Below are positions 39,882 to 53,400 of a stretch of DNA of 64,000 nt, in pieces (positions within the stretch are counted from its first letter, which is position 1; each line of letters opens with the position of its first letter). The notes beneath the pieces were generated by a model that saw only the letters and a program-made list of their open reading frames with translations, made no database searches and was not told where the DNA came from. Both the position numbers and the translations under genes were made by a program. Location: the NCBI GenBank assembly GCA_903813345.2, contig CAIIXF020000001.1:7006001-7070000 (forward strand), read 5' to 3'. This stretch comes from Owenia fusiformis. Lineage: Eukaryota.

Positions 39882-42699
39882 TAAGGTGTATTAAGTCAAT
39901 GAATGTCATATTGTATCGGTGTCACTTTATATAGGTGAAAAGTTGAGAGTGTAATATTGAGTTAGAGGGCCGTTCTGTCTGTACAGTATGATACTGTATG
40001 ACATATAATGGGTGTTTTGTGCGGTACATATGCGATTACATTCATCAAACCCCCCCCCCTGGCTACACCTATGTACATGTACATGTGTAATAAGAGTGCT
40101 CCGAGACTGTACCTACCAGGTGGCATAGAACAATCGGATTACCACAATTCATGAATTGGAACATTGTCCACTCCAATGCAAAACTGAATTAAATTATACA
40201 TTAATAAAAGGACTAGTTACATAAGATTGATAAGTTACATTGGACTGACTAGTTACATGTGATTGATTAGTTACATTGGACTGACTAGTTACATGAGACT
40301 ATCTATAAAACAAGAAATAATACAAAAACATGTTTTATGTAATGTTCTATATGGGATCAAATCTAGCAGTACACTCTTAAAATGCATATTACTATATTAT
40401 ACATATATAACTTATGCAGAAGTTAGATAAATTAATCTGCTATATGTACAAAGCCTAAACAGTCTATTAACAGATCTATGAAGTTTAAGTACATGTATGG
40501 TAAAATCTGTAAATTGGAAACATCAGTAAGTAGAACACCTCTGTAAGTCAAACACCTCCTTGAATGGAACACATTATAAAATCTTCCTTCCCTCTTAGAG
40601 GAAGATCTCCCCAGTAGAACATTACTTTGGGGTACCAGAAAGGCATTTCACTCACACAGGTTTTACTCAACTTCATTTTTACTATATATACATTATGTTT
40701 TCTTATGATGAATTTCTCCTTGTAATTAACCCTCATTGTTATGAATACCTCCTTGTTGATAGCAGTAGATACACCTCATTACTATTTTTCTCTACTAAAC
40801 ACCTCATTGTGCTGAATACCTCTCTGTATATAATACTCTTTATTATTAGTACCTCATTGTATATAACGCCTCATTGATGTAAATACCTCACTGTACTTCC
40901 TCTTTGTACTTGATACCTAATACCTCTTTTGTAAATACCTCTTTGTAGTTAACACCTCATTGTTCTGAATACCCCTTTGTAGTGAACATACTTTTATGAA
41001 TATATACAGGTTCATGGGATTATAACTTTAGCCTATGTACATGATAAAACAGTTGAATTGTTAAGTATGTAACAGCTGAAGTTTATAATATACATGTATG
41101 TACATGAATAAGGGATATAACAGTTGAAACTCATAGTCTATATACTATATATAGTATGTATTATAATGAAGATCGTTGGTTGTGTGCATATTTCATCATG
41201 GTGCATTATTTTAATATCATCATCTTTGCAAGTGTTTTATTTTTCATTGAACACATCTTTAAATGATGGCTAGACTGACAAGACAGTTTCCTCCGTGATA
41301 CACTAAATTGCGATATACAGCAATTTTTACGCCAAGTGCCTCCTACACATTTTTTCACTCATCTGTAGGTTTTCACTTCCAATAGAGAGTGTATTATGGC
41401 ACGTAGCTCAATACACAATGATTTGAGAATATTTCATTTCCAGACAGATATATTCATTTAAATATTTTTCACCACTTTTTGTTTCCATCTCTTGTTGCCT
41501 TGACCTGGGTAACTCGCTCTGATATATCTAAGTATTGTGAAAGGATCTACATGTATCTATTTCGATACTCAGACTTCTATGAAATCTCTGTCACATACTT
41601 ATAACGAACCTTCAGTATAACTGTATGCACAGTAGCTATTGTGAGAATCGGGAAGACTAGGAACACACTATCGCTTAAATAGTTGGCATCCAGGATAATT
41701 TTTATCTGAAAATAAAAATAGATAATGATAAATTATTGTACTATAAAGTATGAGGAGGATTGATGATCCCTTGAGTTTTCATAATTTTACAATGAAAGAT
41801 CACCAAATGAAGAGGTTTGATTGGTCACTATAAGTCACATGATTCAATTCTCAAGATAAGCAGCCAGACATTCTGAGTAATGGTGCAAATAAATCCCATA
41901 AGGAGACAAGTCCCATAGCACAAGTTATCAATATTCCTGACCAGTGTGATCTTTATGATTGATCATCTCATGTGTGATCATCCAGAAACATCTTGGAAAC
42001 ATAAACAGAAACATAATGGAGTAGTTTTGAATAATTTAACATTAAAAGTCTGGGGCCTTGTCTTGTCATTGCCCTTGCACCAATAATATGATTGATGTTA
42101 GTTATATAGTCATTAGCTTGTACACTGGGATGGCCACCATTATTAATATTTTGAGAGTATCTGAGTTTAGTCAGACTGGCAAATTGATATTTTGAAAGGA
42201 AAATCTTGCTACCATGCAAAAATAGCCTGCAAATATCAGTATCTGGGCTAATACACTAAAATAATATTATTATTATAATTTTATAGATGTTATTTGTTGG
42301 AGAGGGGTTTCTTAATAAGTAGCAGAAGCTGTTTTCTACACTTGTATTCTCCACTAAAAAATCTATGGTTGAAACTCAAATATTTTTACAATATTTTGAA
42401 TACCACAGACCATACCTCTACATATAATTCGCATAATCCAAAAAAAACTAAGGCACATTGAAGTATATTGATTTATGTAGGCGTTCCTCTGACATAAATA
42501 TCTCCATGTGATTTATGGACTACTGTATGAGCTGATAGGCTGCAGGTTAAAACAGTCCATTATTCTGGTATACCTTTATTAGAAGATAAGCAAGATCAAT
42601 ATACACAATGTCTCCTCCATAGCGGATAATTATAATGATGTAGAAACAGAGTTTTAAACCTCCTATTGAAGATACAGGATGAAAGCTCATTTGAAATTA

Positions 42700-43786
42700 T
42701 AACATATATCATAATTCTTTGAATAATATTGTTGATAAATTATTTTGCATTCAGTATATTGTATATTTATTAAAATGTTAACATACCGGTATATCATAAT
42801 TCTTTGAATAATATTGTTGGTAAATAGTAATTATTTTTGCATTCAATATGTTGTATATTTATTAAAATGTTGACATATATCATAATTCTTTGAATAATAT
42901 TGTTGATTAATAATAATTATTTTGCATTCAATATATTGTATATGTATGAAAATGTTAACATATATCAATGCTTTGAATAATATTGTTGATAAATAATAAT
43001 TATTTTGCATTCAATATGTTGTATATTTATTAAAATGTTAACATATATCATAATTCTTTGAATAATATCGTTGATTAATAATAATTATTTTGCATTCAAT
43101 ATATTGTATATTTATTAAAATGTTAACATACCGGTATATCATAATTCTTTGAATAATATTGTTGGTAAATAGTAATTATTTTGCATTCAATGTATCGTAT
43201 ATTTATTAAAATGTTAACATATATCATAATGCTTTGAATAATATTGTTGATTAATAATAATTATTTTGCATTCAGTATATTGTATATTTATTAAAATGTT
43301 AACATACCGGTATATCATAATTCTTTGAATAATATTGTTGGTAAATAGTAATTATTTTGCATTCAGTATATTGTATATTTATTAAAATGTTAACATACCG
43401 GTATATCATAATTCTTTGAATAATATTGTTGGTAAATAGTAATTATTTTGCATTCAATATATTACATATTTATTAAAATGTTGACATATATCAATGCTTT
43501 GAATAATATTGTTGATTAATAATAATTATTTTGCATTCAATATATTGTATATTTATTAAAATGTTGACATATATCATAATTCTTTGAATAATATTGTTGA
43601 TTATTAATAATTATTTTGCATTCAATATATTTTATATTTATTAAGATGTTAACACTATCATAATGCTTTGAATAATATTGTTGATTAATAATAATTATTT
43701 TGCATTCAATATTTTGTTTATTTATTAAAATGTTAACAGATATCATAATGCTTTGAATAATATTGTTGATTAATAATAATTATTTT
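42700..43786. repeat. Very AT-rich ~80-85-bp tandem repeat
   Basis: Repeated tatcataattctttgaataatattgttg...ttttgcattcaatatattgtatatttattaaaatgttaac. Confidence 0.9.
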
Positions 43787-43829
43787 GGTGTTCACTTTTC
43801 AAGGTTCCTTAATACATGTATATGAGTCA

Positions 43830-44612
43830 TTATCCCAACGAACGTTCGTTAGGGATATAGTGAAGCCCTCCGTCCGTCCGTCTGTCCGTCAGTCTGTCAG
43901 TCCGTCAGTCAGTCAGTCAGTCCGTCCGTCTGTCCGGAAGATAACTCAAATACTAGTTGACAGATTTTCTTCATATTTAGTGGAAAGATGTATATTGGTG
44001 AATAGTTTTACGCAAAAAAAAAAATTTTCAAGATGGCAGCCGCTTTAAAAATGACGGGACTTTTTCGCAAAAATCATAAATTTTTCATTCTAAACCAAAG
44101 TAATTAATATTATTGTTTGAAATTTTGGTAGTGTATTTACAACATTTATCTATTTCACATATATTCTGTGTTTTTCATCCTGACCCCTGTATGGACAGGA
44201 AAACAGAAATTTTCGCTAATTTTTAGATCTTTCTGAAGTATAGCTTTATTATACTCAAATTAAAGGCAATTAAGAGTGGATTGCAAATATTGTATCTTTT
44301 TTCTGATTCGAGCCTCGTAAAATTCAAAATGGCCGTCTAATGTACGATTTCGCAATAATTTTTACGATCCCTTCAAAGTATGGCTATATTATACTCAAAT
44401 TGAAGGAATTTTGGAGTAGATCACAATTATGGTATTATTTTTCAGATTTGTACCTCAGAAAATTCAAAATGGGTGCTTTGCAGGAATTCGCAATTCTAAA
44501 ATCTAATTTTTTCATTTTCAACCAAAGTAATGAGTATAATTGATTGGAATTCGGTAATTGATATTTTGTTCGTTGGGATTCGCTACTCCGCGGAGTTGCC
44601 GTTATCTAGTTC
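43830..44612 (+). mobile_element. HINE-like element (third family)
   Basis: ATCCCAACGAA..GGGAT, (CCGT/CAGT)n, and 3' TTCGTTGGGAT + ACTCCGCGGAGT hairpin. A decayed relative lies at ~36760-36850. Confidence 0.7.
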
Positions 44613-46163
44613 GAGAGGTGTTCAGATTAGTTCTACTGTACCTGTCACTGCAAACTTTAGGCATGTCATTTTTGCATATTTTGCATTATATTTATATAAT
44701 TTGACATCCCAGACCTACCTGTAAAATGTAAAATGTCTGATATCTTAAAATGCCATTTATTTACTTTGACCACCTTATAGTAGAATAGAATTAGGAATAA
44801 CAATTTTATACATCATATTATAATATAAAGCATGATTATTGTTCAATGTGGAGCATAAATTAATAGATGAAATGAAGATCTTGTGTTGGAAGTTAGGGTC
44901 AATATTTGCTTTTGTCATAATCTGTCGATCTTTAATGAAGTTTGCATCATCTCCAATAACCAGTTCTTTTATACAGAATGTATGAACATAAGTGATAATT
45001 TTATCACATACAAAATACAATCAGTCAATTTACATGTTGATCCATGGTGTAAGTCAAAATACATCATTATCAATGCTAAATAAAGCGTGTCACACAAGGT
45101 GAAGACCTACAAGCTCAAATGGATACATGATTGGTTTGGGTGTAACTTGCTCTCATTAAAAAACAATGGCAAATGCAAAATCAATATATTGGTAGAACTC
45201 AATTTTTTGCAAATCTGAATAACCTCAATGAATTTGCATGTATGCTACACAAAATGTGTGTTTCTATAACTACAGAATACATAATTTATACATACAAAAA
45301 TATTTTTCTTTGAGAGTTGAGGATATTATGAAACACTCTCATTTTTATCTGTTAATGCCTTTGGTGAGTACATAGTCAAACAAAACTATTTCAAATAGCC
45401 TTGCATAAAGATGATATTTATGGTATTCCTGCTTTGCAAGTTGTCAAGATCTTCTCGTTTATTGCCAAAGCGAAGGCGAAAATAAAATATCCCATTGACA
45501 GTAATGAAGTCTTTTGTATTCCCAGAAAAAGAAGGTCTGAATATATTGATCTTGCATGTGTGTTATAAAAATAGTGTACTATTTTCTAACTTCAAAATGA
45601 CACATCTCCTACGATTAGGGCATTTATGATTTTATTAATTCAGGAAATGATAAGGGTAATGAGTTTTTTTGAACTGTCAAAACATTTTAGTGTAAAGGGT
45701 CACAGGCTTTGATCAACCTTATGGTTTGCTAGTTAGCAAAGCAGATATTTGTTCTAACCATGGGCATTCAAACTATAGAAAGCCCATGTTCTAACTTAGC
45801 AGGAGTGGGCTATGTCATCATTCACATATTCACCTATATGTTATTTATGAGTTTCAATTAGCTCGCCCTTCATTTCTTGTTCCCAAAGTAGTCATAAGTA
45901 ATCACTCTTGACAGAGGGATTCAAATAGAGTTAAAATTGTAGTTTTAGTCCTGTCAGTATTATTGCAAGTATTTGCGTGTTATCATAACGCACCTTGGGG
46001 TTTCCAGAAATTATTAAGAAGCAATCGTTTTAGTTGCAGTCTCCAAATTTGCTGAGATTTGTTTGACAAATATGAAATGTAATATTAAAGAACAGAGTTT
46101 AAAACCTATGAAATTGTTTAAATAAACCTCACCTGTGTTATGTACATGTCCAACTGCTATCTG

Positions 46164-46708
46164 CTAGCCTGTTTTAGACTCCAAAGTGTCATCTATATAA
46201 TCTATACTGGGATGTAGAGTCAAAATTGTAGGTTTCTCATAGTCCTTCATCATTTCTTTATCTCTGTCAGACTCAGGGGAGTCACAATTACAATCTTTAG
46301 GAGAAATGTCCTCCTCACGTTCAGTATTATTTTCCATAGTATGGTCTTGATTGTCTGAACTGCCACTGTCTCTTAATGATTCTTCACTTTTTGACATTTT
46401 TGCCCCTTTTTTCGAGTTAGGCCTACTGGTTTTAACACCATTGTCATTGCTATTTGACCTTGGCCCTATGTGCCTATTTCCTTTTTTCTTTAACTTCGGA
46501 GAATGTCCCTTTTTCTCACAATTTTTTGTATTATCGTGAATGTTATTACCATTGAAGTGGGTATCATTGGGTTCTTTGTTCGAATCATTTAATAACTTTT
46601 CCGTTTCTTCTTGATTCATTGCATCTTTTTTAGTAAGGAATTTTTTATCCCTGATGATGGGTGTTTTATCTTGGTGACCAGTGGATGGTTTGTCAGCAGT
46701 CATCGGGA
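46164..46708 (-). CDS. Kv2/Shab terminal coding exon (inferred)
   Basis: Phase-1 CAG acceptor matches the 48283 donor. Open, charged, disorder-like frame VPMTADKPS...LESKTG ends at TAG 46166-46164. Confidence 0.72.
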
Positions 46709-47270
46709 CTGGAATCAAACATAAAATACATACTGTATACTCTGACTTACACATAGCACACATGTAATACACAACAAAACATGATGATTTTATTTACATG
46801 TTAAATTTGTAATTTGGTGATGGTCTCATATTATTTATAATTGAATTTTATCATTTTACTTTTGATATGCAACGGAGAAAATTCTGAAATTGTAAATCTA
46901 TCACAAAGACACTTGAAATTCTTAATTTTTGCATGCTTGGATTAAATTTAGTAGTACAATTTGATATAATATATATTCATATCTCACATTGAAATATAAA
47001 ATTAAGCTCTAAAATATATTAACAAATATATCTTTAAAGTGTTTATGTACCTTACAAACCTAAGTACATGTAAATAATAACATGTACAGTTTCACCCAAA
47101 TAATATGTACAGTTTAACCCAAAGAACCTGTATAATTTCACCCAAGTTCTTTGAAGCAAAATGCCAAATTAAGCTGGCAAAGCAAGAGAAAAGTTAAAAG
47201 GTTAATTCTGTCATGGAACTCTGAATGCGATATAGAGATTCCTATTTCTGTATCTATTAAAGTTTAAAAG

Positions 47271-47591
47271 CTAAGCAATGTAAATGTCTTCAATAGCAGA
47301 AATAGCAAGTTTGTCATCATTACATTGAAGAGTTATATTAGCCAATTTGTTCCAAGATTCATAAGAGTGTGCAATGAAGACACAAATAAAAGAAGCAATG
47401 GTGGAAAAGATAAGCAGTAAAATTGCAGAGCAAACTAAGCTAACAAAATTCAAGGCAGATGCACCTGTAGTATTAACAGTTAGAAAATCTAGAAAGTGCT
47501 AAAAGTTGAAAAAAATAAAAATGATCATACATTACTGTATATACCTCACCAGGGGCCTTGCTGTTCTTATCATATTCAGGGCTATTTAATT
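47271..47591 (-). CDS. Candidate alternative Kv2 exons: 42-nt cassette (47591-47550) and hydrophobic alternative terminal exon (47464-47271)
   Basis: The cassette is phase 1-1 (ELNSPEYDKNSKAP) with donor G|GTGAGG. The second exon has a CTAAC branch motif plus TACAG acceptor in phase 1, encoding ASALNFVSLVCSAILLLIFSTIASFICVFIAHSYESW...IYIA*. Confidence 0.35.
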
Positions 47592-47867
47592 CTAAACCTC
47601 ATGATGTTCTCAAGTGAATAAAAATTGATATTCAAAGCTCACCAGATAAATAACATAATTTAAGTTGGTCATACAATAAAAATTCACACTTAACATGTAC
47701 TTATAAAAAAACTGACTGAATTCTGTATTTGTGTAAACTGTGTGTGATTGACTCAATCTTTTGTTTGTGCCAAGTTTACATTTTGAGTGAGTTACTTTTG
47801 GGTGAATCTTGTGAAAATAAAAAAAGAATAGAATTGCCATGACATTTATTTTTATAAAGATCACCGA

Positions 47868-48172
47868 CAAGGAGGATTGGCTCCCAGGATCGAAACTCGA
47901 TATTTTCCAACAATGAAAACGTCGAAATGTCGTTATTTTCTGAAATTAAAACCGACTATAAATTCAAAATAAACAGTTCAAAAGATTCGAACCAATATCT
48001 CGATCGTTTCTTGTGAGTTTTGGAATTTTTCGTTTGGAAATAAGACCAAAATTCACGATTTAAATGTTGAAGTGAACAAAATGGCGGCTGTTTGAATTCG
48101 AATTTTGTATTACGACATACCCATATATGGGACAGAATATCGGTGGTGCACTCTGGGAGCCAATCCTCCTTG
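47868..48172. mobile_element. MITE with perfect 20-bp TIRs and 9-bp target duplication
   Basis: GATCACCGA|CAAGGAGGATTGGCTCCCAG...CTGGGAGCCAATCCTCCTTG|GATCACCGA. Confidence 0.85.
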
Positions 48173-48282
48173 GATCACCGAGGCAAAACATATGCACTAG
48201 AATTGGCAAGAGCTTTATAGCTTTTTCTGACAAGTTGGTTGCCATAGTAACAAATTGCGAAGTTGCCATGGCAACCACATAC

Positions 48283-48955
48283 CTGGCTTTGGAGATTTTT
48301 GTTGGTAGCTGGCGAGCTTTTTGCCTGTATTAGGACTTGCATGGTGCTGCCTTCTGCCAGACAAAGGGGGCTTTCTGATGCAATCCCTGTGTTTGCCTGA
48401 ACTTTCCTGGTGTGTGAGAGATTCATTGGAAGTATGACTGTGTAAACCATCAGCTTCAATGTCAGCAAAGCGTGCTTTATGCTTGCCAAAACCAGCAGAC
48501 TTAGTCTTGCGTAAAACATGCGGATGAAGATGGGAATGAAGACAGTTTGGTGCCCCTCCACCATTATTTCCCAGACTTTCCCTGAACTCTGATCTTTGGT
48601 ACAGCATATTGGGATTAACTGATGGTTGCTTATGCCAAGTAGTGCTTAAACCATCAGGTAACCTCTGTACTACCTGATCAGATACCTTTTTACATGGTCT
48701 TGTGAACTTCCCAGGACATTCTAATGGTAAAATAGGCAGTACATTGCTAAGTATAGGAATTGGCTGATCCAGTGGATTAATGTATACATTTTGTGGTGGG
48801 CATTTTGAGGGGTAATTAGGAGGGGAGGGTGTATTTGCATAATTAGGGGGGCTTTTAGAGCTACCTGTAGTGACAGGCTGCAGTTCATAGAGCTCTTCTC
48901 CTCCAGATCTGCCATTGCTATCATCTCCCTCGTTGTTGTACGTATTACTGGCATC
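48283..48955 (-). CDS. Kv2/Shab distal C-terminal exon (inferred)
   Basis: 673-nt open frame after a TTTAG acceptor. It starts in phase 0, matching the 59292 donor (DASNTYNNEGDD...MLYQRSEF...KSPKP), and ends G|GTATGT in phase 1. Ser/Pro-rich, low complexity. Confidence 0.75.
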
Positions 48956-49149
48956 CTAAAATAATATAAGGTTGTATAAAAATAGCAAAAGCTTACAATA
49001 TTTGTGATCAAAATTCTTGTATTATTACACAACTTTATAGTTTACAAACCATTTATTCAGAAAGTAAGTGACACTTGTGCTGAAAATAGCATTGATGGAT
49101 GTAAAATGTAATGGTTCATCCCTTAACTGCATAAACCTTCTGATTTATA

Positions 49150-50435
49150 CAGGGTTGGCCAAAAAAACAAATACCCAAGTTTAAATACTGTCATATGATA
49201 CAGTATATGTTAAACCATGCCATGTATTATATATCATTTAAAAGTAAATCATTTGCTAACAAAATAACACCATCCAATTGCTTTCTCGTGGAGATTAAAT
49301 TGACACCAGGGGTGTCATGAGCGGCCAAAAATCAAAAAATGAAAATTCCCAAATTTCCATCCATATTGCAGTCACAGTTGCACTCTATATGCTTGAAGAA
49401 TCATCATAAAGGAGCATGCAATTCTAACTTGGATTATGAATATTTTCTGATCATGAACATGGGTGTATCTTTTAGATCCATGCATTATCTTCAAGAAAAG
49501 TATATATATGGATAATTTAGTTAATCAGACCTAAGTGATATTGAAGGGGCAATGGACCAATCAGCATACTTTTTCAAAAATGTTGACCTAATTTTCACCA
49601 AATATGCAACCTTTTATTATATTGTTGAATGCATAATTAGAATGTGCTTTGAGACATGTTTGATTTCCTAAAAGGAAAAGTTGATTGCTCCAGGGACTTT
49701 AAAGATACTGAATTTGGATGACCAAAATGAACTGAAACCAATGGATAGCATGAGCTTTTTCAATGGAGAAATAACATGGGGAACACTTATCTTAAAGCAA
49801 TTAAGTTTTTCTTTCAAGAACTATTTGATACATCAAAATAGAGAATAGTAATGCATTTAACATTGTAAAAAATGATTGCATTTTTGGTGGAAATGGGGTC
49901 AACATCTTTGAAAAGTGTGTTGATGGGTTTATTGCTAGTTAAATATCTCCGTGTTTGTTTGATTTTATTATTACTGTATATAATTTTCTTTGAGATAATG
50001 AATTGATCTAAAAGATAAACCTGTCTTCATTGTCAGAAAATAGTCATAATCCAAGACACAACCTTCTGAAATTGTTTGCGATAACCTACGTGCTCCATTT
50101 ATTTAAGAGTAAGACAGAATTGATAATTAATTCAAAATATATATGTATTATTGCTGAATTTTGCACTATATTTGTATAAATGTACCTCTTTTGAAGGTGC
50201 CAAAGTTTTCCATTTTCCACAATTTGGAAATCCGCAGTGAATAATTTTTTGGTCATTCATGATACCCCTGGTGTTTATTTTAGGTTCTTACTCCATTATG
50301 AAACAACAATTTTTCAATCAGATGGTGTCATATTGTTAAGAAAAGATTTATCTTTAAAATGATATATAATACATGGCACAGTTTAATACATATTATATGA
50401 ATCATTCATCTTTAAACTTTTTTTGGCCCACCCTG
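49150..50435. mobile_element. Tc1/mariner-type non-autonomous element with long imperfect TIRs
   Basis: TA|CAGGGTTGGCCAAAAAAA...TTTTTGGCCCACCCTG|TA, with further inverted matches inward (e.g. gacaccaggggtgtcatga / tcatgatacccctggtgt). Confidence 0.75.
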
Positions 50436-53400
50436 TATAAACAGATTTATTACAAATTATTAACTTTTGCCATACTTAATCAATCACCACTAAATGATGC
50501 TACTTCATTTTGACCGCATACATGTACAATATATATAAGAAAAACAATTATGTGTCTTATCTAATGCCTTTTGATTCTTAAGATTAGACCTCTATGAACG
50601 TTATAAACTTTGCATCAACACCAGACATGGCTATCCATAAATCCCGTTCCGGCATAATCCTATCTATATATTTCATATACACAAGGGATCCACTGACATT
50701 TAAGTTCCACTTTTTGAGCACACTATAAAACCTTAGGGATTTCTCACTCAAATAAAACATCATGGGCCAAATATCCACTGGCGCATCTATCAAGTTTTTC
50801 TCTTCAAGAACCCTCTTACTATAATGGCCATTATTTCCCAGTCCCCAGTTATAATATCTTCATTTTTTATGTTGCAATTGTAATTGGTGAGATGGATATG
50901 CAAGGCTGAAGTAACCAAAAAGCTCTATTACTACAGCTATCAATTCATCAATAAGCTCAATTTGTGTGCATTATATTAAACTTAGAATGGAAATGATGGC
51001 AAAATAATATTATGTAAAATTTATTCAGCTCTGTGGTGATGTTAACCATTTTTGCAACCACAGAAAATGAAGTAGTATCTGAGTCATAACCTTCTTAAGG
51101 GAGTGTTTTATCTTTTTTTTTTATTTAGGAATATCAATAAATTTAATGTTGGCTGATCTTAAATGCTGTTTCTCATATACTACCCAAACTACTCTAGCTT
51201 GAAAGGGTAATTAGGTTTGTGGAATCATCAGAATTTTTTGGAGGCACAGACATTCTATTAAAGCATGGAAAACATATCTCAAATTGGTTCATATTTGACT
51301 GGATGTACTGAACTGGTTCATGTGGAATCATCAGATTTTTTGGAGGCACAGGCATGAAAAACATTCCAAATTGGTTCATATTTGACTGGATGTACTAAAC
51401 TGGTGCATCTAAGACAAGCACAGGTTGATTGCTATGAATTAGTATGTGCTTTGACAGAGCTAAGGCCTACTAGTAAAGCAATTTACATTAAGGCAAGAGG
51501 TCTCATTTTCATAAAATCAATAGCATAACACACGGTTTGGCATCAAGTAACACTTCAAATTGCCAACAACACAACATGGGCATTATGAGGTCTAACCACT
51601 GACCTAATCAGTGATATATTTTCTTTCCTTATTCCCTACATGCATTAATTTTCTTCTGGATAAGGTTTGACAGCCTATCAATTCAAAACGATTCTTCAAC
51701 TATAGATAGTTTTGCTGATGAACTGTACGGTTGTAATAGATTAATGGCCTTGTATACAGTTACGGTAATGTATGTTTTGTGCAGAGAATATTAAACAATG
51801 AATGTCTATTTTTATACACAGGACTCCAAGAATCAATTTAGAATAATCAGATAAGCAAAATTAAGTAAAGATATCTCAATTAATTTGGTCAAAATCACAA
51901 TCATTCTAGTAAATTCCCTTTTTGCAAAATGTCACTTATTAAAGGAAGAAGTAATGATTAAGTTTACTATTCATTTATATTGGAAATATTCTTGTCAGAA
52001 AGCATACCAATGTTAATTCATAAAATATGTTATGTCTGATCAGATATTGAAATTATTGAAGATGTACATGTATGGTGCAAAAATGTCCAAATTCATTAGA
52101 GTATAATGGGGGAATTCCCCCAAATAGATATAAATCAGAGAATTATCCAGAAATACGGGTCAGAACTGCCTGTTTTAGGAAATATGCATGACAGAACTAT
52201 GAGAGCAAAAAATTCTATTCCTTTTCTTTCTATTCCTTTCTGATCCCTCACTTATATCCTTTTGTTGATGGGCTAGGTATAAATACCACATAATTCAAAA
52301 TTTCACATTTGTTGGGCAAAACTCAATTATTTGCTAAGATTTAAAAACTCAGCAGAAATATCACTCCCTTTAGACACAATCAGTCACTTTCCCCTAGAAG
52401 TTAAAAATACATTGGCGGGTGGCAAAAATTCCAAAACCATTCATAAAAGAATTACTTCACTTAGACATGTCCATGATGGCCAAGCATATATCAATGAATT
52501 TCAGGCTTAATAGATATTTTTGCAGTTTTTTTTAGTTCAGAATTGGTTACTATTCATGAAGATTGTGGAAGAAATTGCCTAAAGCTACAATATTAAATTT
52601 GTCATTGTTGCAAACCCAATTAGTGAAACCCAGAGAGTTACATAATGTGTCCCATGGTAGTGAAGTAATCTCATTAGATATTTAATAACAATGTTATGGG
52701 CCAAGGAGGAATTCTATCTTATTTTTCTTGCTTGTATACTATCAAGCTAAATTATACTTTAGATGATGACTTGAGCAAAAAGTCCAGGACCACGATAGTA
52801 GTGGCACAATCAAGTAGGGTATACTCGATATGCATTTTCCTAAGTTTGAAGATTTTGTGAAATGGCTAAGTGTGGTTGTCATGGTAGACAGAAATCTGTT
52901 TGTTATAATGACTGATATATGAGCTATAGTGCTATCAAGATTTAAAGAAAACAAAGGAATATTTTTAAAACCCATAATTATTGGACAATATGTCAGCGCT
53001 GTCCCAAATTTGAGCTCTCACCAATGCCTCGTGTCATGTTCTTGTCTTTGAGAAGCAACTTAATGTGCCTATACATTTACAGTATATACACTATATATAG
53101 AGGTTAACAAATTTCCAAAATGATAAATGGTAATTATCTCAAGATCCGGTTACTTTGTTGGAGAGTTCAATAATTTTGTCATTTATTTGTGTCTGTACAA
53201 ATATGGTAACAAGAGATTAGTGTGGCCTAAAGTCATATCAAATGAGTAATTTTAGATAACAAATGATAGCATTTACTGGAATATAATTTGAATTTCCGGA
53301 AAAGCAAATTGAAAATGTCTCCTAATTGGGCTTGTGATGATTGAAGATGAAATGAGTGCTTCAAGTGCATTTGAAACCAAAATTCCCTTTATTTATACAT

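Noticed and set aside
44712-44735. Minus-strand TTTTACAG|GTAGGT resembling a recursive splice site
   Set aside because: Single short motif, not shown to be inside a long intron, and expected by chance.
48721-49032. ORF MCNN...MPVIRTTTREM (103 aa)
   Set aside because: Alternative frame of the 48955-48283 exon; the phase-0 frame stays open for 224 codons and fits both neighbouring splice sites.
50584-50860. ~90-codon minus-strand open frame in Kv2 intron
   Set aside because: No recognisable motif and no clear acceptor.
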